A DNA stretch of 32,000 bases from Ignicoccus islandicus DSM 13165 (GTDB taxonomy: Archaea; Thermoproteota; Thermoprotei_A; Sulfolobales; Ignicoccaceae), in contig NZ_CP006867.1 in NCBI RefSeq assembly GCF_001481685.1, positions 810,001 through 842,000 on the forward strand. The letters run 5' to 3'. The notes under the pieces were generated by a model. It worked only from the letters and a program-made list of their open reading frames with translations, made no database searches and was not told the DNA's origin. Positions 1 through 7,991 of this stretch are shown here, piece after piece (within the stretch, counting starts at the first letter, position 1; every line of letters begins with the position of its first letter). The translations under genes and the position numbers were made by a program.

Positions 1-233
1 GGGAATAGAAATTCCTTAGCGTATTATTTTCATTATGGCGAACAGGATGAAGTATAGTCCCAAGATGGAATAGAAAGGTGGAAAGATATAGTATAGTTCG
101 TATCGTCCTTTGATGGTAGAAATCTGCGAGAAATAAAATAGTATAAGGATAAGTGAAACGCGTTCTCCTCGGTAATTACTAATATTATGAGAAAAGTCTG
201 TGAACTTTGATCCTTCAGATCGAAAATCTGAAC

Positions 234-830
234 TTAGAAGGTTACAGTTTCCATAATGGGTTCTTCTCCTTTCTTGATGATCAATACGTCGACTCCGTCT
301 CCCGATAAGCTATCTCTTGAAGAGGCAACCCGTATTGAGTCTATAGCTAAGTTCTTGGCGTCTTGAACGCTCATGTCCTCTCTGTATTCGCGCTCTAGGA
401 GGGCTATCGCTAAAGGCGCACCGCTACCTGCAGCCGCGTACTTCTCTTCTACTACCGAACCCACTGGATCTAATACGAAAATATGTGGGCCGGACGAATC
501 TATTCCTCCAAAGACGGTTTCCGTGAGTAGTGGGAACATCTTATAAGAATACAAGAGTACTCCCAGAAACCTCGCTGCTGATCGAACCTTCATTTCCTTC
601 CTTACGTTTAATTCGTATCTCTTGACCTCTAACTCTACAATTCTGCTTATCGTTTGCATGTCCGCGTACAGCCCCGCGCAAGCCATGCCCATCCTATTCC
701 CTATCTTGAATACTTTTTTCATAGATTTACTCATGACGAAACCTCCGTAACTCATCCTCTTTTCTGCCGCCAGCACGACGGCGTCGCTTAACTTAATGCC
801 AACCGCGGTAGCGCCTACGTATCCGCTCAC
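234..830 (-). CDS. psmB: 20S proteasome beta subunit (Ntn hydrolase)
   Basis: The 198-aa ORF has a short propeptide (MSGYVGA) followed by TAVGIK, the catalytic N-terminal Thr context. The overall sequence is typical of archaeal beta subunits. Its GTG start (830-828) overlaps the hypA stop (829-827) as GTGA. Confidence 0.9.
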   Translation of the reverse strand: MSGYVGATAVGIKLSDAVVLAAEKRMSYGGFVMSKSMKKVFKIGNRMGMACAGLYADMQTISRIVELEVKRYELNVRKEMKVRSAARFLGVLLYSYKMFPLLTETVFGGIDSSGPHIFVLDPVGSVVEEKYAAAGSGAPLAIALLEREYREDMSVQDAKNLAIDSIRVASSRDSLSGDGVDVLIIKKGEEPIMETVTF

Positions 831-1300
831 TTCGCATCTCCGCGGTAATTCGTAGGGGTGGATCCTTTTAGGTTAGCCTTTTCCTCTCCGGCGTTCTCAA
901 TCTCAATCGAAACGATCTGAAACTCCTCTCCCTTCACGATTTCGACGTCAGACGATCCGCATCTAGGGCACTTCAAAATTTCGCTTATCAAGTGTGGATA
1001 TAGGTGAAGGATCGGTAGGTTGACTTCCAAGTCTGGATATACGTCCCTGAAACTCCACTGGGCCCCGCAATTCCTACACTTGAACTCGGATTTCACCAAC
1101 TCTACCTCTAGCTGGGCTCCCTCCAAAGGGGTTCCTATGCTATATATTTCCATTGCGTTCTTCAAGGCTTCTATGTCAATTAGGCTCAGTTCGCCTATTC
1201 TCATCTTAATTTTCTTTACCCTTACGTTTTCCAAATTCTTATTCTTTAGGAAATCCAGTACGGAGCTTATGATCATCTGAGCGTAACTACCTTCGTGCAT
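827..1300 (-). CDS. hypA: Hydrogenase nickel-incorporation/maturation factor HypA
   Basis: It has the N-terminal MHE nickel-binding motif and two CxxC zinc motifs (CRNCG, CPRCG) with HypA-like spacing. A C-terminal tail of about 20 aa (NAGEEKANLKGSTPTNYRGDAK) extends beyond the usual HypA end. Confidence 0.85.
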   Translation of the reverse strand: MHEGSYAQMIISSVLDFLKNKNLENVRVKKIKMRIGELSLIDIEALKNAMEIYSIGTPLEGAQLEVELVKSEFKCRNCGAQWSFRDVYPDLEVNLPILHLYPHLISEILKCPRCGSSDVEIVKGEEFQIVSIEIENAGEEKANLKGSTPTNYRGDAK

Positions 1301-1303
1301 AAC

Positions 1304-1867
1304 ATGTTATCCCTACCATTGGACGCGGCGAGAGTTATTGAGCTTCTTCATAATACGTATAACGAAGTAATCGCCGTAACGCCTACCGGCTACTCTTGTT
1401 TAGGAGTATATCCTCGAGAGGGGGCCTCGCTGGAATTCAGGGCGTTCAAAGGCAAGTTTCAGGAAAGCTTGAGGAACGTAAACGAAATAAACGTATTTTC
1501 GTCGTTTAAGCCAATCGATTACGTGGAGGCCGCGCTAACTAAGGACTTGGAGCTAATTGAAACGCCTTTAGGGCTCGGTCCTAAGCACTGGTACTTAGCT
1601 ATCAAGTGCGAAGTTAGCGAACTAGGAGGCTCGGATCCAGTTATATATGAATGCGTACCTAGAGAAGCCTTCTATAGACCGGCGCCTCCGCCCAGTCGTT
1701 CCTTCTTCTACGTTCTCGAAGCAGCCGTTTACGCTTCGAGGTGGTTCCTAAAACCCGAATACGTGGACAAAGCCGTTGAATTGCTCCTAGAAGGCTACAG
1801 GCTCGGTGACGAGTTAGACAGAGCAGCAGTTGGAAAGGTTCTAAGGTACCTTATGGAAAGAGTGTAG
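1304..1867 (+). CDS. Conserved hypothetical protein (family not confidently recognised; possibly DUF447-like)
   Basis: The ORF runs 1295-1867. The first ATG is at 1304, and a GTG at 1295 would overlap the divergent hypA start. Composition is protein-like with no competing ORF. The product call is weak. Confidence 0.55.
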   Translation: MLSLPLDAARVIELLHNTYNEVIAVTPTGYSCLGVYPREGASLEFRAFKGKFQESLRNVNEINVFSSFKPIDYVEAALTKDLELIETPLGLGPKHWYLAIKCEVSELGGSDPVIYECVPREAFYRPAPPPSRSFFYVLEAAVYASRWFLKPEYVDKAVELLLEGYRLGDELDRAAVGKVLRYLMERV

Positions 1868-1911
1868 TCTATAATCATTAGTCGCGCTCAGATAAGAGGG
1901 GTCTCGGTATA

Positions 1912-3009
1912 TTGGATAATAAGTTTCTGACACTCATCGTAATTGCGTTCTTAGGTACAACTATTTCAAGGACCTTGAGAATGGGTACAGCGTTCTTGAC
2001 GATATCGGAAGGTTTCAGCTTCCTTTCTTTGCTCGCCGCCACGTTTGCAATAGGCAGGATACTGTCCTCGTACCTAAGCGGAATAAGTACCGAGAAGTAC
2101 GGCTCTAAGGTCGCTTCTCTTGGGATAAGCGTGATTGCACTAACCGGATTGGGATACGCCGTCCTCCCAGCGGTGACGTATTTACCGCTACGAATACTGC
2201 ACGGCTTGGCCTCTGGTATAGCGTGGCCCTCCCTGCAAACGCTAGTAATGAGCAGCGTTGGTGAGGAAAAGAGAGGTAGAGCCTCCTCGCTATACTTCAT
2301 TGCTACCAATTCAGCGTGGATATTGGCGTTTCTAATTGGTAGCATTATAGATAGGAACGCCATGGTAGTTTCGTCAGCCTTATTGATTCTAATAGCTCTA
2401 GTAATGTTAAAGTTAGACGTGCGAGTGGGAGTTAAAGCGAAAAAAGGCAAAGGCAAAGGGAAGAAGAGGTTCGTACCTCCTAATGAGGCAATAGCGTTAG
2501 GCGGACTCGCAGTAGGCTTCATGACTCTATTAGTGAACACGGAAGTCGCGATCGCCGTTCTAGGCTTAGAATTCGAAAAGACCGTCATCGGGATCGTTCT
2601 GGCGGTAGCGGCTCTCATAGGAGCGGTCGTTAGCTATTTAGTTAATAGGAAGTTAATAGACTACTTGGAAACGCACTTATCCTTGCTACTACCCTCTGTT
2701 GCGACCCCCGTTGCCTCAACTTTGATTTACGTTTCCCCCATGACCTCGTCCGTAGGCGTCCTAGTTACGAAGGCGGCTGTCTCGTGGTGGAGATCAACCC
2801 TCTTAGGCCTTTCCAGAGCTCAAGAAACGGGGAAGAGGGTCGGGCTTTTCAACTCAAGTGCCGACGCGGGCAGAATCATAGGAGCGTTCATAGCTTCCCA
2901 AGGAGCAGCGATGCTACCCATACTCTCAGCGCTTTCGTTCGTTCTAGGACTAGCCTCGTGGACGCTCTCTTTGAAAAGTAGGGGAGAAGTTAGCGAAGAT
3001 AAAAAGTAG
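1912..3009 (+). CDS. MFS-type membrane transporter (paralog of 27403-28512)
   Basis: The protein is hydrophobic with multiple predicted TM segments and a central KKGKGKGKK loop. It aligns along its length with the 369-aa ORF at 27403, for example KYGSKVASLG / KYGSKVTALG and LRILHGLASGIAWPSLQTLVM / LRVLHGFSSGITWPSMQSVVM. The TTG start is supported by matching N-terminal length in the paralog. Confidence 0.75.
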   Translation: MDNKFLTLIVIAFLGTTISRTLRMGTAFLTISEGFSFLSLLAATFAIGRILSSYLSGISTEKYGSKVASLGISVIALTGLGYAVLPAVTYLPLRILHGLASGIAWPSLQTLVMSSVGEEKRGRASSLYFIATNSAWILAFLIGSIIDRNAMVVSSALLILIALVMLKLDVRVGVKAKKGKGKGKKRFVPPNEAIALGGLAVGFMTLLVNTEVAIAVLGLEFEKTVIGIVLAVAALIGAVVSYLVNRKLIDYLETHLSLLLPSVATPVASTLIYVSPMTSSVGVLVTKAAVSWWRSTLLGLSRAQETGKRVGLFNSSADAGRIIGAFIASQGAAMLPILSALSFVLGLASWTLSLKSRGEVSEDKK

Positions 3010-3011
3010 TT

Positions 3012-4013
3012 TCACTCTTCCTCTAATCCCATCATTTTCCTAAGTTCCCTTCCGACCTTCTCGGCAGGGTGTTCCTTAACTTTCTCCATGAGCTCCGTTA
3101 ATTTCTTGGATCCGCTCTTGTATTCCTCGACCCATTCCTTCGCGAATTCGCCATTGAGAACCCTTTCTGAAGCCTTCTTCATGTTCTCCTTGACGTGTTC
3201 GTCTATTACCCTAGGACCTACAGTTAAGCCTCCGTACTTGGCGGTGTCGCTAACCCTCTTTAGCATTCCGTAGAAGCCGTACTGCCATATTAAGTCCATT
3301 ATCAATTTCGCTTCGTTTATTGCCTCGAAGTAAGCTATTTCCGGTTGGTAACCGAGTTCTACCAAGTTCTCGAAGCCCTTTAGCAAGAGCTCCATTAAAC
3401 CGCCTACCAGTACGGTTTGCTCTCCTATGAGATCGGTCTCGGTCTCCTCCTTAAACGTGGTCTTTATCACTCCGGCTCTGGTGCAGCCTATGGCTTTCGC
3501 AATTGCTAGTACCAAATCCCAAGCCTTTCCAGTAGCGTCTTGGTGAACCGCCACTAGAGCTGGAACGCCCCTTCCTTGTAAGTAAGCTTCCCTCACTTTG
3601 GGACCTGGGCTCTTGGGAGCCACCATTACAACGTCTACGTTCTTAGGAGGTTTAATTAGGCCGTAGTGGATGTTGAAACCGTGAGCGAATACTAAAGCGT
3701 TCCCCTCTTCCAAGTTGGGTTCAATGTATTTCTCGTATACTTCGGGTTGAGCCATGTCGGGAATTAGCATTACTATTACGTCCGCCTTCTTAGCTGCCTC
3801 TGGAATGGGAAGTGGTTCGAAGCCGTCTGCCTTCGCTTGATCCCAGCTCTTCCCGTTGGGTCTCAGACCTACTATTACGTCCACGCCGCTGTCTCTCATA
3901 TTTAGTGCCCAAGCCCTACCTTGAGATCCGTAACCTATCACAGCGACTTTCCTTCCCTTTAGAGGCTCTAAGCTAACGTCTTCGTCTTTCCATATTTGGG
4001 CCATCGCGTGCAC
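3012..4013 (-). CDS. ilvC: Ketol-acid reductoisomerase
   Basis: The 333-aa ORF has an N-terminal Rossmann motif ([21 protein letters not shown]) and class I KARI sequence throughout. Confidence 0.92.
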   Translation of the reverse strand: MHAMAQIWKDEDVSLEPLKGRKVAVIGYGSQGRAWALNMRDSGVDVIVGLRPNGKSWDQAKADGFEPLPIPEAAKKADVIVMLIPDMAQPEVYEKYIEPNLEEGNALVFAHGFNIHYGLIKPPKNVDVVMVAPKSPGPKVREAYLQGRGVPALVAVHQDATGKAWDLVLAIAKAIGCTRAGVIKTTFKEETETDLIGEQTVLVGGLMELLLKGFENLVELGYQPEIAYFEAINEAKLIMDLIWQYGFYGMLKRVSDTAKYGGLTVGPRVIDEHVKENMKKASERVLNGEFAKEWVEEYKSGSKKLTELMEKVKEHPAEKVGRELRKMMGLEEE

Positions 4014-4039
4014 CTCGCGTTGGGTTTTAGGACAGAAGG

Positions 4040-4054
4040 AAATTTATTTATAGT
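4040..4054 (-). promoter_or_regulatory. Candidate TATA box for ilvC
   Basis: The minus-sense sequence CTATAAATAAATTT is centred about 35 nt upstream of the ilvC ATG (4013). Confidence 0.35.
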
Positions 4055-4078
4055 TGATCTTTAGCGAACCTTAGAGAA

Positions 4079-4090
4079 AACTTATATAGA
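4079..4090 (+). promoter_or_regulatory. Candidate TATA box for the thermosome gene
   Basis: CTTATATA lies at 4081-4088, about 40 nt upstream of the ATG at 4126. An SD-like GGTGGGTGA sits 7-15 nt upstream of that ATG. Confidence 0.4.
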
Positions 4091-4125
4091 ACCGGTGAAT
4101 ACCACATCCATGGTGGGTGAACGCG

Positions 4126-5745
4126 ATGGCGGCGAGACCTATCGAGAGCATGGGTGTCCCGGTAGTAATACTAAAGGAAGGTTCCAGCAGAACTTACGGT
4201 AGGGAAGCTCTAAGGAGCAACATGATGGCTGCTAGAGCCGTTGCAGAGGTGTTGAGGACCACCTTTGGACCTAAGGGCATGGACAAGATGCTGGTAGACA
4301 GCTTGGGCGACATCACCATAACCAATGACGGTGCAACCATCCTGGACAAGATGGACCTACAGCACCCCGCAGCTAAGCTACTAGTCCAAATCTCCAAGGG
4401 TCAAGACGAGGAGGTAGGCGACGGTACCAAGAGGGCCGTCATCTTCGCTGGAGAACTCCTAAAGCAGGCTGAGGACCTCCTAAACAAGGACGTCCATCCG
4501 ACCATAATTATTCAAGGTTACAAGAAGGCCCTAGAGAGGGCGCTCGAGAAAATAAACGAGGTCGCAGAGGCTATTGATCCAACTGATAAGGAGAAGTTGA
4601 AGAGGATAGCCCTTACCAGCCTGGCTAGCAAGGGCGTACAAGAGGCCCGCGAATACTTCGCCGAAATAGCAGTAGAGGCAGTGGATACTATCAAGGAGAA
4701 GAGAGGCGACAAGTGGTACGTTGACTTAGATTACGTACAAATAGTAAAGAAGCACGGAGGCAGCCTGAAGGACACTAAGTTAGTGAAGGGCGTAATCCTC
4801 GACAAGGAAGTAGTACACCCCGGTATGCCCAAGAGAGTAGAGAACGCGAAGATAGCCGTACTCGACACGCCGTTAGAAATCGAGAAGCCTGAACTAGACG
4901 CAGAGATAAGGATAACTAGCCCAGAGCAGCTCAAGCTCCTATTAGAAGAGAAGGAAGAGATACTGAGGAAGAAGGTCGAGAAGCTCAAAGAGGTCGGCGC
5001 TAACGTAGTGATAACTCAGAAGGGTATCGACGAAGTTGCTCAGTACTACCTCGCGAAGAACGGCATCCTAGCCGTAAGGAGGGTAAAGAGGAGCGACCTA
5101 GAGAAGGTAGCGAGAGCCACCGGAGCGAGGATAATCAGCAACATCGAAGACCTAACTCCCGAAGACCTAGGTGAGGCCCAGTTAGTCGAAGAGAGGAAGG
5201 TAGGAGACGACAAGATGGTATTCATCGAAGGCGCCAAGAACCCAAGAGCAGTATCCATACTCGTGAGGGGAGGCTTCGAGAGGATAGTCGATGAAGCTGA
5301 GAGGAGCCTAAGAGACGCCCTAAGCGCTGTCGCCGACGCTGTGAAGGCAGGAAAGATAGTAGGCGCGGGCGGAGCCCCTGAAGTGGAACTGGCGCTAGAC
5401 TTGAGAGAGTTCGCCAGGAAGGTTGGAGGCAAGGAGCAGCTAGCCGTTGAGGCCTTCGCCAGAGCTCTCGAAGGAGTGGTTATGGCGCTCGTCGAGAACG
5501 CCGGTCTCGACCCAGTAGAGAAGCTAATGCAACTAAGAGCCAAGCACAGCAACGGTTGCAAGCACTGCGGCGTCGACGTATACACTGGCGAGATCGTAGA
5601 CATGGTCGAGAAAGGTAACTTCGAGGCAGTAGCAGTTCCAGCTAACGCCATCAAGAGCGGAACTGAGGCGGCAACTCTGATACTCAGGATCGACGACATC
5701 GTCGTAGCTGGAAAGAAGGAAGAAGAAAAGGAGAAGAAGCCCTAA
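4126..5745 (+). CDS. ths: Thermosome subunit (group II chaperonin)
   Basis: Diagnostic group II chaperonin sequence is present: [18 protein letters not shown] and the ATP-binding GDGTK. The C-terminus is charged. The ORF opens at GTG 4117, but ATG 4126 is preferred because of the upstream SD-like GGTGGGTGA. Confidence 0.93.
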   Translation: MAARPIESMGVPVVILKEGSSRTYGREALRSNMMAARAVAEVLRTTFGPKGMDKMLVDSLGDITITNDGATILDKMDLQHPAAKLLVQISKGQDEEVGDGTKRAVIFAGELLKQAEDLLNKDVHPTIIIQGYKKALERALEKINEVAEAIDPTDKEKLKRIALTSLASKGVQEAREYFAEIAVEAVDTIKEKRGDKWYVDLDYVQIVKKHGGSLKDTKLVKGVILDKEVVHPGMPKRVENAKIAVLDTPLEIEKPELDAEIRITSPEQLKLLLEEKEEILRKKVEKLKEVGANVVITQKGIDEVAQYYLAKNGILAVRRVKRSDLEKVARATGARIISNIEDLTPEDLGEAQLVEERKVGDDKMVFIEGAKNPRAVSILVRGGFERIVDEAERSLRDALSAVADAVKAGKIVGAGGAPEVELALDLREFARKVGGKEQLAVEAFARALEGVVMALVENAGLDPVEKLMQLRAKHSNGCKHCGVDVYTGEIVDMVEKGNFEAVAVPANAIKSGTEAATLILRIDDIVVAGKKEEEKEKKP

Positions 5746-6123
5746 CTTTAAAGCCTAAACGTTTTCTTTAGATCGGACTAAATCTAACGTTTCGTTCTTT
5801 TGATTCTCCTCTGTTCCATCCTTATCGAAGTTCGCGTTTCAGTTTAATGGAGTTCCCCATCCGTTCTAGAACTGTTTTTAGAGTTTTAGTGCAACGTTTA
5901 ACGCTTTAGTTTATTGAACAACGGTAATAGACAATAGTCTGAGTTCACCCTTATGAGATTTGCGTGCAATCTAGGTCCAAGTATCTGCGATAGCGTAACG
6001 AATTCTAATTCCAATTAGCGTAGACGCGATCAAATCTAACTCGGTTTTAAAAATTCCTATAAGAAGAAAAACGTCCTAACATAATTGCCCAGACCGAGCA
6101 TTTAGTAAACGGTGAAAATTTCG

Positions 6124-7239
6124 ATGAAGGAAAAGATCTTGATACTAGGCGGTGGCGTTGCCGGCCTTACTTTCGCCAAGGAACTCGCTGCTAGGGGAAT
6201 CGAAAGTACTGTAATAAGCCTTCACGACTATTACATCAGCGGTCCCTCCAGGCCTCTAGTGCTTAGCGGCGAACAACAAGTGGACAGGATAACTAGGGGA
6301 TACAACTTCCTTCCCAAGGAAGTGAAGGTCAAGTACGGAAGAGTTGTTAGGGTCGATTTGGATAATAACAAGGTAGTTCTAGCACACGGAACCTCTGAAA
6401 AGGAAGTGGAATACGAATACCTAGCTATAGCATTAGGCACCCGCTACGCTTACGATGCTATCAAGATTGAAGACCACGTCTTCAACGTGTACGACTTAGG
6501 TAAGCTGTTCGACTTGAAGAACTTGATATGGAACGCTACTGAAGGCACCATCGTAGTTAACGCTCCTAAGATGCCTTACCGCTGTGCGCCCGCGCCCGGC
6601 GAGACGGTAATGACTATCGATATGGTACTGAGGCACAGAGGCGTTAGGGACAAGTTTAAGCTGATATTCGTTGACGCTAACGAGAAGCCTCAGCCAGCGG
6701 TAATAGCTGACGTATGGCTAAGCTTGTTCGAGAAGGCACAGATCGAAGTTCACCTAGGAAAGGAGATTACCGAAGTTACTAAGGAAGGCGTAGTGCTAAG
6801 CGATGGAACTGAAATTAAGGCCGACTACAAGGTAATACTACCGCCTAACAAACCAGCGCTCTTCGAGAATTGGCTAGAAGTAAGAGGTCCGAAGGACCTA
6901 AGGTTGAAGGACTACGACAACGTCTTTGCTATAGGTGAGGTAGCCAAGTTACCCTTCCCCAAGAACGCTGAAGTCACTATGATAAGCGCTAGGAACGCCG
7001 CCATAAAGCTCATGGAGATGCTCGGAGTAGGCGGTGGGAATTACATTGACTACAAGTTCTCAGGATGGGCCTACGCCGGTAACTTGAGCGGTGAGTTGAA
7101 GACTCTGAGCGTACAGTTCAGCTTGGACTTCAGCTCTGGAAAGCCTGTAGGTAGCAAGGACCCAGAGCCTAAGTACGAATACACCCAAAGGAAGGACGCA
7201 TGGGAACAAGGATTACTGAAGCAATTATTCGGGTACTAA
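6124..7239 (+). CDS. FAD-dependent pyridine nucleotide-disulfide oxidoreductase, sulfide:quinone reductase / FCSD-like
   Basis: It has an N-terminal GGGVAG dinucleotide-binding motif and lacks a second GxGxxG. Instead it has a PYRCAPAPGE segment, as in SQR/flavocytochrome c sulfide dehydrogenase-type enzymes. The ORF opens at GTG 6112; ATG 6124 places the Rossmann strand at the N-terminus. Confidence 0.72.
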   Translation: MKEKILILGGGVAGLTFAKELAARGIESTVISLHDYYISGPSRPLVLSGEQQVDRITRGYNFLPKEVKVKYGRVVRVDLDNNKVVLAHGTSEKEVEYEYLAIALGTRYAYDAIKIEDHVFNVYDLGKLFDLKNLIWNATEGTIVVNAPKMPYRCAPAPGETVMTIDMVLRHRGVRDKFKLIFVDANEKPQPAVIADVWLSLFEKAQIEVHLGKEITEVTKEGVVLSDGTEIKADYKVILPPNKPALFENWLEVRGPKDLRLKDYDNVFAIGEVAKLPFPKNAEVTMISARNAAIKLMEMLGVGGGNYIDYKFSGWAYAGNLSGELKTLSVQFSLDFSSGKPVGSKDPEPKYEYTQRKDAWEQGLLKQLFGY

Positions 7240-7245
7240 TTTTTT
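7240..7245 (+). terminator. Oligo-T tract (archaeal intrinsic terminator signal)
   Basis: A T6 run follows the TAA stop at 7237-7239 directly. Confidence 0.45.
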
Positions 7246-7283
7246 GATCTCCCTTATTTCTTCGCTTTCGGTGTTGTAAATTT

Positions 7284-7925
7284 ATGAAAGAGATATTGTA
7301 CGACACTTACCAACAGAAGCCCGTTGTTAGGAACGCCAAGTCACGTCCTCACCTCGTCTATCGGGAATGCGAGAGCGGTTTGGAATTGAAAGTGGTTGTA
7401 CGGGACGAGGACGTAGAAAAAGTATTAGATGCGTTAAAGGGGAACTTGCCTGACGAGGTCCTCAACGCCCTTGGGATAGAGGCCACCGGAGAGGACTTGG
7501 AGGAGCTGTGTTCCGAGTTGATGAGCTTGGGCTACTCATGTATTCTGGAGAGCTTTGAGGAGAACGGGGAGTATTGCGAGAGATTAGAGGTCGACTTAAT
7601 TCCTCAACAAGATTACGTTTTAGTGGAAGTAAGCGGCAAGAAAGTCAAGACGAAACCGTACGAGGATGTGATAGGGTTCGTGGAACTCGAGGTTCGTAGA
7701 GGAGCGGTAGTATCTCTGCGAGCCGCGGTAGAAGAGAAGGCGGTGAAGGAGGTAGTGCAATCTCGAGATCCAATGAGGAAGATCTTAGAACTCTATGGAT
7801 TAGACGTGGATCTTAAGAACTTCGACGTAATTTCTCTTCTATCTTTAATCGAATCGAAATACGACTACTACTCTATAGATATAGAAAGGGATGGGGACGA
7901 CTACAGGGTATATATAATACTTTAG
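7284..7925 (+). CDS. Hypothetical acidic protein
   Basis: The 213-aa ORF has an ATG start, is strongly D/E-rich, and contains no motif I recognise. It fills the gap between the flavoprotein gene and gatE on the same strand. Confidence 0.55.
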   Translation: MKEILYDTYQQKPVVRNAKSRPHLVYRECESGLELKVVVRDEDVEKVLDALKGNLPDEVLNALGIEATGEDLEELCSELMSLGYSCILESFEENGEYCERLEVDLIPQQDYVLVEVSGKKVKTKPYEDVIGFVELEVRRGAVVSLRAAVEEKAVKEVVQSRDPMRKILELYGLDVDLKNFDVISLLSLIESKYDYYSIDIERDGDDYRVYIIL

Positions 7926-7991
7926 CGAATCAGTGGGCGTGAAACTCATTTTTAAGATGAGAGTCGGTTCCATTCCGGGGAACTTCGCAAG

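Noticed and set aside
1-233. An open minus-strand frame runs off the left edge of the window (…FLADFYHQRTIRTILYLSTFLFHLG…).
   Set aside because: No ATG, GTG or TTG start lies after the upstream in-frame stop and there is no recognisable product. I could not support a feature from this fragment.
1878-2618. A 246-aa minus-strand ORF overlaps the MFS gene at 1912-3009.
   Set aside because: It is a shadow ORF. The plus-strand frame has a clear paralog at 27403-28512 and a TM-helix pattern, while the antisense translation has no features.
4194-5699. Several minus-strand ORFs (4194-4397, 4518-4712, 4731-4988, 5046-5699) lie antisense to the thermosome gene.
   Set aside because: Their Ser/Leu/Ala-rich low-complexity translations are typical of shadow frames opposite a strongly biased, unambiguous chaperonin gene.
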